From NCBI GenBank assembly GCA_019245575.1, contig JAFARE010000001.1, positions 268,015 through 332,014 of the forward strand: 64,000 nucleotides of DNA. The letters are read 5' to 3'. Of the stretch, positions 9,385 through 18,314 are shown in pieces. Source of the DNA: Candidatus Dormiibacterota bacterium (lineage in GTDB: Bacteria; Chloroflexota; Dormibacteria; Aeolococcales; Aeolococcaceae). The position numbers were made by a program, and so were the translations under genes. The notes beneath the pieces are model-generated. The model did no database searches and was not told the DNA's origin. It saw only the letters and a program-made list of their open reading frames with translations. Position 1 is the first letter of the stretch, and the number at the start of each line of letters is the position of its first letter.

Positions 9385-10771
9385 CCGAGTGCGCGTCGTG
9401 CGCCCGCGGCCGCTGCACGTCGACGACGTGCTCGACGAGGTGCGCGGCGCCGCGGCGGCGCTGGGCGTGGAGACGTACCTGGTCGGCGGTTTCGTGCGCG
9501 ACCGCCTGCTGGGGCGCGAGGGCAAGGACATCGACTTCGTCACCGTCGACTCCGACGGCACCGAGGTGCTGGCGCGCGTCGCCCGCGCGTTCGGCTGGGC
9601 GCCGCCGCAGCGCTTCGAGCGCTTCGGCACCGGGCAGGTGCGCGGCGACGGCTTCGTGCTGGAGGTGGTGCGCGCGCGCGCCGAGCGCTACGACCCGGAG
9701 TCGCGCAAGCCGGACGTGCGCCCGGGCACGCTCGAGGAGGACGTGACGCGCCGCGACTTCACCGTCAACGCGCTCTGTCAGACGCTCGACGGGCGCGTCA
9801 TCGACATCACGGGACGCGGTCTCGCCGACCTGCGCGCCGGCGTGCTGCGCACGCCGCTCCCGCCGGACGAGACGTTTTCCGAAGACCCGCTGCGCATGTT
9901 TCGCGCCGCGCGCTTCGCCGCGCAGCTGCAGTTCACCGTCGATTCCGAGATCGTGGCCGCGATGCGTGCCCAGGCTCGGCGCGTCGCCATCCTCAGCGTG
10001 GAGCGCGTCAACGAAGAGCTGCGCCGCACGCTGACTTCAGCGCGCCCCAGCCTCGGGTTCGGCCTCCTGCGCGAGGGCGAGATCCTGCAGCGCGTGCTGC
10101 CGGAGGTGAGCGCGATGATCGGCGTGGAGCAGGGCGGCTGGCACATCTACGACGTGTACGAGCACACCATGCGCGCGCTCGACGACTCGCCGCCCGACCT
10201 GCTCACGCGCCTGGCCGTGCTGCTGCACGACGTGGGCAAGCCGCCGACACACGCCGTCGCTCCGGATGGACGGCACACCTTCTACGACCACGCCGGCGCC
10301 GGCGCGGACATGACGCGCGACATCCTCACGCGCCTGCGCTTCAGCAATGACGAGGTAGACGCGGTGATGACCCTCGTCCGCCTCCACCTTCGCCCCATCC
10401 AGTACGACGAGACCGCATTCGGGGACGCCGCGGTGCGCCGCCTCATCCGCGACGCCGGAGAGCTGCGCGAGCGCATGCTCGACGTGGCGCGTTCCGACAC
10501 GCGCGCGTCGTCATTCCCGTCGACCGACGGCATCGACGCCCTCGCGGAGCGCATGGCCCGCCTCGACGCCGGCGGGGAGGTGTCGCGGATGCGCGACCCG
10601 CTGGACGGCGAGGAGATCATGCGAATGGCGGGACGTCCGGCGGGCCCGTGGGTCGGGCGCGTCAAGCGCGCGATCCAGGACGCAATCCTGGAGGGGTCGA
10701 TCCCACCAGCAGATGCGGACGCGGCGCGATCTTGGCTCAAAGCGAAGCGCGAATTGCTTACCGGCGACTGA
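9377..10771 (+). CDS. cca: CCA tRNA nucleotidyltransferase / poly(A) polymerase family with HD domain
   Basis: GGFVRDRLLGREGKDIDFV nucleotidyltransferase motif and LLHDVGKP HD motif. 8-nt overlap with the MFS gene. Confidence 0.8.
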   Translation: MADRVRVVRPRPLHVDDVLDEVRGAAAALGVETYLVGGFVRDRLLGREGKDIDFVTVDSDGTEVLARVARAFGWAPPQRFERFGTGQVRGDGFVLEVVRARAERYDPESRKPDVRPGTLEEDVTRRDFTVNALCQTLDGRVIDITGRGLADLRAGVLRTPLPPDETFSEDPLRMFRAARFAAQLQFTVDSEIVAAMRAQARRVAILSVERVNEELRRTLTSARPSLGFGLLREGEILQRVLPEVSAMIGVEQGGWHIYDVYEHTMRALDDSPPDLLTRLAVLLHDVGKPPTHAVAPDGRHTFYDHAGAGADMTRDILTRLRFSNDEVDAVMTLVRLHLRPIQYDETAFGDAAVRRLIRDAGELRERMLDVARSDTRASSFPSTDGIDALAERMARLDAGGEVSRMRDPLDGEEIMRMAGRPAGPWVGRVKRAIQDAILEGSIPPADADAARSWLKAKRELLTGD

Positions 10772-10779
10772 CTGCTCGC

Positions 10780-11022
10780 GACGGTGACTCCACCGGCACC
10801 GGCGAGCCTCGCCGACGGTGGAGGGGCCGGCCGACGTGAGACGCGGTCGGAGCCCACCCTCACCCCACGAAATCTGCGATTTCGCGGGGACCCCAGACAT
10901 AGGGCTCCGCCGCTCGACACTCGGCTCGCCCTGCGCTCCGAGCCGGGCCGGCTCGCCTCCGTGACGCTCCCTTACAGCCGACCCCTCCACCGTCTGCGGC
11001 TTCGATTCCAGGAGTCACCGTC
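10780..11022 (-). repeat. Conserved intergenic element, copy A (candidate structured sRNA / REP-like palindromic unit)
   Basis: The reverse complement of core 10841-10966 matches 62465-62550. It is closed by perfect inverted repeats 10780-10791/11011-11022 and 10814-10826/10982-10994. A 12-bp hairpin sits at 10863-10889. Confidence 0.5.
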
Positions 11023-11046
11023 TGCGAGCCGCATAACGCAGCGACG

Positions 11047-11052
11047 TACAAT
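11047..11052 (+). promoter_or_regulatory. Putative -10 (TACAAT) for DUF1232-rplI-dnaB
   Basis: TACAAT lies 10 nt upstream of ATG 11063. Confidence 0.4.
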
Positions 11053-11062
11053 TCGCGCTTCG

Positions 11063-11485
11063 ATGATGAGGAGAGTGCGCGCCGCGAAGCAGCTGCTGGT
11101 GGATCTTCCGCGCAGTTTGCGTCTGGCGTACTGCTTGATGCGCGACCCACGCGTCCCGGCGTACGTGAAGGCCGCATTCGCAGGATCGCTCGTTCTGATC
11201 GCCACGCCGGTCGTCAACCTGCCGCAGCGCATCCCGGTGGTGGGGCAGCTCGACGTGGTCGCGCTCACCGCGCTGTCGGTGCGCCTCTTCATCTCGGCGT
11301 GTCCGCGGTATGTCGTCGAGGAGCAGGAGCAGCTCATCGTGGAGCGGCGCAGCCGGTTCGACAGCGATGTTCGCCGCGGCGAGCGCATCGCGGTGGCGCT
11401 GTATCAGCGGTGGCGGCCCGGGGACGTCGACGTCCTGGGCACGCCGCACGAGGGGGCCGGCGCCGCGCAGGGAGCGACCGCATGA
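11063..11485 (+). CDS. DUF1232 (YkvA-like) membrane protein
   Basis: NLPQRIPVVGQLDVVAL matches the DUF1232 P-x-IP-VG-x-LD core. ATG 11063 lies within ORF 10784-11485. ATGA overlap with rplI. Confidence 0.65.
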   Translation: MMRRVRAAKQLLVDLPRSLRLAYCLMRDPRVPAYVKAAFAGSLVLIATPVVNLPQRIPVVGQLDVVALTALSVRLFISACPRYVVEEQEQLIVERRSRFDSDVRRGERIAVALYQRWRPGDVDVLGTPHEGAGAAQGATA

Positions 11486-11928
11486 GAGTCCTGTTTTTGA
11501 AGGAAGTGACCGGAACAGCACAGGCGGGCGATGTGAAGGAGGTCGCCCCGGGCTACGCGCGGAACTTCCTGTTCCCCAAGCACCTGGCCGTGGTGGCGGA
11601 TGACCGTGTGGTCGAGCAGGTGCGCAAGCGAGAGGAGGCGGCCCGGCGCCGCGCCGAGAAGGAGATCAACGACGCGCGGGACGTCGCCCAGCGCCTGCGC
11701 AAGCTGACCGTCACCGTGTACGCCAAGACCGGCGAGGGCGGCAGGCTCTTCGGCTCGGTCACCAACACCGACGTCGCGCAGCAACTGAAGCGGGAGGCGG
11801 GAATCGACGTGGACAAGCGCAAGATCGAGATCGACCCGCCCATCAAGTCGCTGGGGCCGCACGAGGTGCAGGTGGAGCTGCACCCGGAGATCACCGAGAC
11901 ACTGAAGGTGGTGGTCGCGGCGCAGTGA
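11482..11928 (+). CDS. rplI: 50S ribosomal protein L9
   Basis: MRVLFLKEV...GDVKEVAPGYARNFLFPKHLA is a typical L9 N-terminal domain. Confidence 0.9.
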   Translation: MRVLFLKEVTGTAQAGDVKEVAPGYARNFLFPKHLAVVADDRVVEQVRKREEAARRRAEKEINDARDVAQRLRKLTVTVYAKTGEGGRLFGSVTNTDVAQQLKREAGIDVDKRKIEIDPPIKSLGPHEVQVELHPEITETLKVVVAAQ

Positions 11929-13307
11929 GCGCGCCGCCGCGCCCAGACCTCGTCGCGACCGCGGAGCTGACCGGACGCGTCGTCGCGCCCGAGGCTCGGG
12001 TGCCGCCGCACGACGACAACGCCGAGCGCGCAGTGCTCGGCTCGATCCTGATGGACCCGGACGCCGTCGCCCAGGTGCGCGAGCTGCTCGAGCCCGACGA
12101 CTTCTACGCGGAGCGCCACCAGCACATCTATCGCGCGGCGGTGCTGCTGTCCGAGCGGGGCGAGCCGGTGGACATCGTCACGCTGCCCGGCGAGCTGGAG
12201 CGCGGGCCGGGCGTGGGCCGCGCGGGCGGCATGGACTACATCAGCGACCTCAACTTCTCCGTGCCCACCGCGGCCAGCGTGAAGCACTACGCGGAGATCG
12301 TCGTGGCACACGCGCTGCGGCGCCGCCTGATCGGCGCCGGCGCCGAGGTAAGCCGGCTGGGGTTCGACACCACCAACGACGTCACCGACGCGATCAACAG
12401 CGCCGAGCAGACCGTCTTCGCCCTGGGGGAGCGCGGCCGCAACGCCGAGGCCACGCACATCGCCCCGATCGTGCGCGAGACGTGGCAGCTGCTGGAGCGG
12501 CGCCTTCACGAGAACCGCCTCGTGCACGGCGTGCCCACCAACTTCTCCAAGCTCGACCTGCTCACGCAGGGCCTGCAGCCGGGCGAGCTCATCGTGCTCG
12601 CGGCGCGGCCGTCGGTGGGCAAGACGTCGTTCGCGCTCAACATCGCGCGCAACGCCGCGGTCCTCGCGCGCTCTCCCACTGTGATCTTCTCGCTGGAGAT
12701 GTCGAAGCAGTCGCTGGTGCAGCGGCTCATCTGCAGCGAGGCGAAGGTGGACTCGTACATGCTGCGCACGGGTCAGGCAGACCAGCACGCGTTTCAGCGC
12801 ATCGCGCAGGCGATGGACACGCTGACCCAGGCCGATCTCTGGATCGACGACACACCGGGCCTGACCATCGGCAACCTGCGCGCGAGGGCCCGGCGCATGA
12901 AGGCGCAGATGGGCATCGCGCTGATCGTCATCGACTACCTGCAGCTGATGCACGGCGGCCGCCAGGAGTCACGCGTGCAGGAGGTGTCCGACATCTCCGC
13001 CGGGCTGAAGGGGATTGCGAAGGAGCTGCAGGTGCCGGTGCTGGCGCTGTCCCAGCTCTCGCGCGAATCGGAGCGACGGGAGAACAAACGTCCGCAGCTC
13101 AGCGACCTGCGCGACTCCGGCAGCATCGAGCAGGACGCGGACGTGGTGCTCTTCCTCTACCGCGAGGGCATGCACAACCGCGACGTCGACCGGGCCAAGA
13201 CAGACCTGCTCGTGGCCAAGAACCGCAACGGTCCGACGGACGATCTCAAGCTCGTCTTCATCGAGGAGCAGACGGCCTTCAAGGAGCCCTACCTGGCGAC
13301 TGAGTGA
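11925..13307 (+). CDS. dnaB: Replicative DNA helicase DnaB
   Basis: 460 aa. N-terminal DnaB domain (PPHDDNAERAVLGSIL), Walker A GARPSVGKTSFALNIA, and C-terminal motifs SLEMS, IDYLQLM and LSQLSR. No intein. Confidence 0.92.
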   Translation: MSAPPRPDLVATAELTGRVVAPEARVPPHDDNAERAVLGSILMDPDAVAQVRELLEPDDFYAERHQHIYRAAVLLSERGEPVDIVTLPGELERGPGVGRAGGMDYISDLNFSVPTAASVKHYAEIVVAHALRRRLIGAGAEVSRLGFDTTNDVTDAINSAEQTVFALGERGRNAEATHIAPIVRETWQLLERRLHENRLVHGVPTNFSKLDLLTQGLQPGELIVLAARPSVGKTSFALNIARNAAVLARSPTVIFSLEMSKQSLVQRLICSEAKVDSYMLRTGQADQHAFQRIAQAMDTLTQADLWIDDTPGLTIGNLRARARRMKAQMGIALIVIDYLQLMHGGRQESRVQEVSDISAGLKGIAKELQVPVLALSQLSRESERRENKRPQLSDLRDSGSIEQDADVVLFLYREGMHNRDVDRAKTDLLVAKNRNGPTDDLKLVFIEEQTAFKEPYLATE

Positions 13308-13403
13308 CGGCTCGGTCGCGCCGGGGAATGCAACTTTTCGCCGGCTGTGACGTTACTTCTGAAGTACCCTGTTGTGGGGGCTGACGGGAGGTCTAATGCC
13401 ATC

Positions 13404-14408
13404 GTGCTGAGCGTCTGGATGAGTCGTGTGCGTGCCGTTCTGAACTCGCCCTGGTTGCGGGTGGCCGGCACGCTCGCGGGCGTTGCGCTCCTGGCACATG
13501 CGATCGATTTCCCCAAGGTGATGGCCAGCTTCGGCCACGCCGATCCGCGCTGGATCCTGGGCGCCGTGGGGCTGAGCGCGCTGGCCGTGCTCTCGAGCGT
13601 CGTCGAGTGGGGCGTGCTCATCCGCACCGTACGGTCGTCGCATCCCTCGCACGCTTCCCTCTTCACCTGGCGGCGGATCAGCTCGCAGTACCTGCAGAGC
13701 CTCTTCTTCACCCAGGTGCTCCCCGCCGGCGTGGGCGGGGACGCGGTGCGGACCGTCGAGATGGGCCGCCACGTGGGCCACAGCCGGGTCCTCGCCTCTC
13801 TCGCGGGCAGCCGCATGTCGGGCATGCTCGGCATGGCGATCTGGGGCCTCGCCGCCGCGGTGCTGCTGCGCGACTGGCTGGGCGGCGGGATGCTGATCGC
13901 GATTGCCGTGCTGGCGGGCACCATCATCCTGGTCTGGATGACCGCGCTCGGCTCCGACCACATCGGCGCCCACCGGCTGGTGGGGCGCGTGTCGGCCGCC
14001 CTGGGCCGTGCCGTGCACACCTTCGTCGAGGCCTTCAGCGCGTACCGCCGGCACCCGCACGCCGTTGCCCAGTGCCTCCTCGTCGGAGCCGTGGGCTGGG
14101 GCGTCAACCTCTTCGCCCTCGACTTCGCCGCCAAGGCGATCGGCGTCGAGCTCAGCTGGACGGTGCTGGCCGTCTGCATCCCGATGGGTCTGCTCGCCGC
14201 GCTCGCTCCCTTCAGCGTGAACGGGCTGGGCGTGCGCGAGGGCGTGCTCGTGGCGCTCCTGGTGCACACCGGCATCTCCACCGCCCACGCCGGGGCGGTG
14301 TCCCTCCTGGTCGACCTCCAGATGATCCCCTTCGCCGTGATCGGCGCCGCGCTCTGGATGCGCCGCCGCCGCGAGCCGGCTCCTGCCCTGGTGCCCGCCC
14401 GCATCTAG
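13404..14408 (+). CDS. Flippase-like / LPG-synthase-TM (UPF0104) family membrane protein
   Basis: Polytopic ORF 13347-14408 resembling the UPF0104 family. The start is uncertain: GTG 13404 (GGGAGG 12 nt upstream) or ATG 13419. Confidence 0.6.
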   Translation: MLSVWMSRVRAVLNSPWLRVAGTLAGVALLAHAIDFPKVMASFGHADPRWILGAVGLSALAVLSSVVEWGVLIRTVRSSHPSHASLFTWRRISSQYLQSLFFTQVLPAGVGGDAVRTVEMGRHVGHSRVLASLAGSRMSGMLGMAIWGLAAAVLLRDWLGGGMLIAIAVLAGTIILVWMTALGSDHIGAHRLVGRVSAALGRAVHTFVEAFSAYRRHPHAVAQCLLVGAVGWGVNLFALDFAAKAIGVELSWTVLAVCIPMGLLAALAPFSVNGLGVREGVLVALLVHTGISTAHAGAVSLLVDLQMIPFAVIGAALWMRRRREPAPALVPARI

Positions 14409-14435
14409 GCTCCGGGCGCAGCCGCCGCCAGCCCC

Positions 14436-14441
14436 TACACT
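14436..14441 (+). promoter_or_regulatory. Putative -10 (TACACT) for the histidine kinase gene
   Basis: TACACT lies 9 nt upstream of ATG 14451. Confidence 0.35.
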
Positions 14442-14450
14442 CGGCGGCGC

Positions 14451-15551
14451 ATGTCCACCCAGTTCAGCGACTTCCTCGCCGCGCACGCGGCGCAGGTCGC
14501 GGAACGATGCGAGCCCGATCTCGAGCCACCGCAGTCCGCCGAGCCGGGGGTGGCGGCCCGCCAGCTGGTCAACGCGCTGCTGCTCGCCCTGACGGCGGAC
14601 GACCTGCGGCCGCTCTCCACCTTCTACCGCCTGGATCAGCTGGAGGGCCTGAGTGGCCGGTTGGACGCCGCGCTCCGCGACCTCCTGGCGCTGCGCCGCG
14701 CGACCGCGGACGTGGCCGGGGACGAGGGGCTCGAACCGGAGCAGCTCGCGGCCCTCGCCCTGGCGGGCGGCGACGAGGTGGGAGGCGTGCTGCGCACGCT
14801 GGCCGTCACCTGCGCCAGCTCCCTGGAGCGCCAGCTGGCGGTCGCCTCCTCAGCCTCCTCGGCGCAGGGGACCGGCCTCTCGATCACGATGCATGAGCTG
14901 CGCCGCCCGCTCACCATCCTCAACAGCTACGGGCAGCTGCTCACGACCGGGATGCTGGGCGCGCTGCCTGAGACGGCAATGGTCGCGGTGGAGGGCATCA
15001 CGGCGAGCACCGAGTCGATGGTGCGCATGGTCAACGCGCTGGCCGAGCTGGCGCGGCTGGAGGACCCCGACGACGAGCTGGCCCGCGAGGTCCTGCCCGC
15101 CTCGGCCGTGGTGGACGGGGCGGTCGAACAGGTGGCGATGGAGGCGCGGCTGCGCGGCACCGCGCTGGAGAGCCGGGTCGATCCGGACGCGGCGGTGCGC
15201 GGCGACAAGAGGCGCCTCACGCTCGCGCTCACCAACCTGATCGGCAACGCGATCAAGCACGGCCCGCCGGACTCGTCCGTCGAGGTCACCGTGACGGCGA
15301 GCGAGGGCATGGTGCGCTTCCTGGTGCGCGATCACGGCGAGGGCTTTCCACCCGAGGACGCCGACCGCCTCTTCGACAAGTACTACCGCTCGGTGGCGGA
15401 GCGGCATCGCAAGGTGCCGGGCAGCGGGCTCGGCCTCTACATCGTGCGCACCATCGCGCAGCGCCACGGCGGCCGGGCCGTGGCGCGGTCGGTCCCGGGG
15501 AACGGGGCGGAGTTTGAAATGATCCTTCCGATGCACCGGGACGAGGCGTGA
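14451..15551 (+). CDS. Sensor histidine kinase (soluble, orphan)
   Basis: H-box MHELRRPLT, N-box LIGNAIKHG, G-boxes DHGEGF and GSGLGLYIV. No TM segment and no adjacent response regulator. Confidence 0.85.
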   Translation: MSTQFSDFLAAHAAQVAERCEPDLEPPQSAEPGVAARQLVNALLLALTADDLRPLSTFYRLDQLEGLSGRLDAALRDLLALRRATADVAGDEGLEPEQLAALALAGGDEVGGVLRTLAVTCASSLERQLAVASSASSAQGTGLSITMHELRRPLTILNSYGQLLTTGMLGALPETAMVAVEGITASTESMVRMVNALAELARLEDPDDELAREVLPASAVVDGAVEQVAMEARLRGTALESRVDPDAAVRGDKRRLTLALTNLIGNAIKHGPPDSSVEVTVTASEGMVRFLVRDHGEGFPPEDADRLFDKYYRSVAERHRKVPGSGLGLYIVRTIAQRHGGRAVARSVPGNGAEFEMILPMHRDEA

Positions 15552-16966
15552 GCGCGGCGACGCGTCACGAGCGCGATTCGATGGGCGAGTTCGACGTTCC
15601 GGCGGACGCGTACTACGGCGCCAACACCATGCGCGCGGCGGTCAACTTCCCGATCAGCGACCTGCGCCTGCCGCGCAGCTTTCTGCGCGCGCTGGGACTG
15701 ATCAAACAGCAGTCTGCGGTGGTGAACCAGGAGCTCGGCCTCCTCGATGAGCGCCTGGCGTCGGCGATCGCGCAGGCCGCGCAGGACGTGGTCGACGGCA
15801 CGCTCGACTCGCAGTTCGTGGTCGACGTGTTCCAGACCGGCAGCGGCACGTCCACCAACATGAACGCCAACGAGGTGATCAGCAACCGCGCCATCGAGCT
15901 GCTCGGCGGCGCCAAGGGCAGCCGCGACCCGGTGCATCCCAACGACCACGTGAACCTCGGCCAGTCGAGCAACGACGTGATCCCCACGGCCATCCAGGTG
16001 GCTGCGGCCAGCGAGATCCGGAGCGCGCTGCGTCCCGCGCTGCAGGCGCTGGAGACGTCACTGCGCGCCAAGTCCAAGGAGCTGTGGCCCGTGGTGAAAA
16101 CGGGCCGCACACATCTGCAGGATGCGACGCCGATCCGCCTGGGGCAGGAGTTCCTCGGCTACGCGGGACAGGTCGAACGCGCGCGCAGGCGCTGCGACGA
16201 AGCCATGGACGCGCTCGCCGAGCTGCCTTTGGGCGGCACCGCCGTCGGCACCGGCGTGGGCACGCACCCGGAGTTCGCCGCGCGCGTCATCGCGCGAATC
16301 GCGGAGGCGACGGGAGTCGGCTTCCGCGAGACGGACAATCACTTCTCGGCGCAGTCGACGCTCGACGCGGTGGTTGCCGCCACCGGCGCGCTCACCGGGA
16401 TCGCGGTGGCGTTGTACAAGGTGGCCAACGACATCCGCCTGCTCGGATTCGGGCCGCGCGCCGGCATCGCTGAGATCGCGATCCCCGCGGTGCAGCCGGG
16501 TTCGTCGATCATGCCGGGCAAGGTCAACCCGGTCATCTGCGAGTCGGTGACGATGGTCGCTGCTCAGGTGATCGGCAACAGCGCGACGATCACCTTCTGC
16601 GGCGCAGCCGGATCGCTGCTCGAGCTCAACGTGATGATGCCGGTGGCCGCGTACGACCTGCTGCAGTCGATCGCCATCCTGGCCGCGTCGGCGCGCAACC
16701 TCGCGGTGCAGTGCGTGGACGGTATCGTGCCCACCCGCAATGGCCCTGACCTTGTGGAACGCGGCCTGATGACGACGACGGCGCTGGCGCCGCGCATCGG
16801 CTACGACGCCGCGGCGGCACTGGCCAAGGAGGCGCACGCGAGCGGGCGCACCATCCGCGAGGTGGCGCGCGACCGCACCGACCTCAGCGACGAGGAGCTG
16901 GACGCGCTGCTCGACCCCGAGGCGATGACGCAGCCGGGGCGCGGCGCCGGCGGCGCGGGAGGCTGA
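15548..16966 (+). CDS. Class II fumarate hydratase / aspartate ammonia-lyase family lyase
   Basis: Signature GSSIMPGKVNP, plus QTGSGTSTNMN and HPNDHVN. It mixes FumC-like and AspA-like features, so the subfamily cannot be resolved by eye. GTGA overlap with the kinase. Confidence 0.85.
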   Translation: MSAATRHERDSMGEFDVPADAYYGANTMRAAVNFPISDLRLPRSFLRALGLIKQQSAVVNQELGLLDERLASAIAQAAQDVVDGTLDSQFVVDVFQTGSGTSTNMNANEVISNRAIELLGGAKGSRDPVHPNDHVNLGQSSNDVIPTAIQVAAASEIRSALRPALQALETSLRAKSKELWPVVKTGRTHLQDATPIRLGQEFLGYAGQVERARRRCDEAMDALAELPLGGTAVGTGVGTHPEFAARVIARIAEATGVGFRETDNHFSAQSTLDAVVAATGALTGIAVALYKVANDIRLLGFGPRAGIAEIAIPAVQPGSSIMPGKVNPVICESVTMVAAQVIGNSATITFCGAAGSLLELNVMMPVAAYDLLQSIAILAASARNLAVQCVDGIVPTRNGPDLVERGLMTTTALAPRIGYDAAAALAKEAHASGRTIREVARDRTDLSDEELDALLDPEAMTQPGRGAGGAGG

Positions 16967-16969
16967 CAC

Positions 16970-17824
16970 GTGGTTGACGCGCGCCGTCTCAGCGTCGTCG
17001 GCGCCGGCGCGATGGGCGGCCAGATCGCATACCAGGCTGCGCTGCACGGCTTCGACGTGCACCTGGTGAGCCGGCGCCAGGAGCGGCTCGAGAGCGCGCG
17101 CGAGGAGAGCTCGCGGCTGCTGCGCCGCCGCGTGGAGAAGGGCAAGCTCGACGGCGACGAATGCGAGGCGGCGATCGAGCGGGTGCGGCTGAGCACCGAG
17201 CTCGCGGAGATGGCCGGCGCCGGCGTAGTCATCGAGTCGGTGGCGGAGGACCGCGACACGAAGCGCGAGATCTTCGAGCGCATCTCCCAGCATGCCGATG
17301 AAGACGCCATCATTGGCACAAACTCGTCGACGCTGCCCTCCTCGATGTTCGAGGACGTGGTGGCGAATCCTTCTCGGCTGCTCAACGTGCACTTCTTCAA
17401 CCCGCCGCTGATGATGGCGCTGGTGGAGGTTGTGCGCGGCGCCCATACCTCCGAGGACGCGGTGACGCGCGCCATGGCGTTCGCCCGCGAGATCGGCAAG
17501 ACGCCGGTGCTGGTGGAGAAGGAGGCCTTCGGCTTCATCGCCAACCGCATCCTGTTCATCGCGCTGCAGGAGGCGATGAAGCTGGCCCAGGACGGCTACG
17601 TGAGCATCGAGGAGTGCGACATCGCGGTGCACAACGCGCTGGGCTGGCCGCTGGGCCCCTTCGAGCTGTCAGACCTCGTGGGCCTCGACGTCGTCGAGGC
17701 GATCCTGACCGAGGGCTACAAGCAGACCGGAGACGAGCGGTGGAAGCCGCTGCCGATCCTGCAGGAGCATGTGGCGAAGGGCGAGCTGGGGAGAAAGACG
17801 GGAAGCGGGTTCAGGCAGAGCTGA
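16970..17824 (+). CDS. 3-hydroxyacyl-CoA (3-hydroxybutyryl-CoA) dehydrogenase
   Basis: VVGAGAMGGQIA NAD motif and conserved C-terminal domain. GGGAGG lies 7 nt upstream of GTG 16970. Confidence 0.85.
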   Translation: MVDARRLSVVGAGAMGGQIAYQAALHGFDVHLVSRRQERLESAREESSRLLRRRVEKGKLDGDECEAAIERVRLSTELAEMAGAGVVIESVAEDRDTKREIFERISQHADEDAIIGTNSSTLPSSMFEDVVANPSRLLNVHFFNPPLMMALVEVVRGAHTSEDAVTRAMAFAREIGKTPVLVEKEAFGFIANRILFIALQEAMKLAQDGYVSIEECDIAVHNALGWPLGPFELSDLVGLDVVEAILTEGYKQTGDERWKPLPILQEHVAKGELGRKTGSGFRQS

Positions 17825-17938
17825 CAAGAATTGCTGCTGGCGACTCCACGCCCAAGGTCGAGACGCCCGGCGAGTGAGACGACGCTCGGGTGGGCGGTGC
17901 CTGTTACTTTCAACGGCTGCCGCCAAGCTGTCTTCCTT

Positions 17939-18118
17939 GTGGACGCGACGATCGCGCTGATCGTGGGAATCGTTGTGTTCTCTTGCCTCGCCGCCGTCGT
18001 CAGCGTGGGACTGGCGAGACAAGGTGCCCGCAAAAGGCGGGCGGCCGGCTTGCTAGCGCTGCCGACGAAAGAGGAGTTAGAAGGGCTGGGAGGCTGGGGC
18101 GCGCCACCGGGCTTCTAG
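17939..18118 (+). CDS. Possible small single-TM protein (59 aa)
   Basis: GTG 17939 within ORF 17831-18118. One hydrophobic helix, IALIVGIVVFSCLAAVVSVGL, followed by a basic patch. Only moderate GC3. Lies in the more AT-rich islet. Confidence 0.25.
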   Translation: MDATIALIVGIVVFSCLAAVVSVGLARQGARKRRAAGLLALPTKEELEGLGGWGAPPGF

Positions 18119-18314
18119 AGCTGGATTCGAGACGATCGGCCGCGCCGCGGGATCTCATTACTTTGGTAGTGCATCGCGCTAACCGCTGCACCCGTCCTAA
18201 GCGAGGCGCTGGGCCTCTACATCCGCTCGGCAGGAACTCGTACGGGCCAGTCGTGCCGAGCGTGAGGGTTTAAGGTCAAGGGTCATCGACGCTCAGCCCC
18301 GTGCCCCCAAGGCC

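Noticed and set aside
10511-10990. 159-aa minus-strand ORF, together with the 62273-62770 ORF, sharing the peptide RHGGE..RLGAQ.EPSVERR
   Set aside because: The shared peptide is a by-product of the conserved nucleotide element. Both ORFs otherwise run antisense into real genes (cca, yvcK). Substitutions between the copies are not biased towards synonymous changes.
18128-18215. tRNA-like fragments (AGCGGTTAGCGC D-loop-like and TCGAATCC T-loop-like strings on the minus strand)
   Set aside because: I could not fold a cloverleaf. The anticodon stem does not pair and the T stem is missing. At most this is a decayed tRNA remnant or att-like scar.
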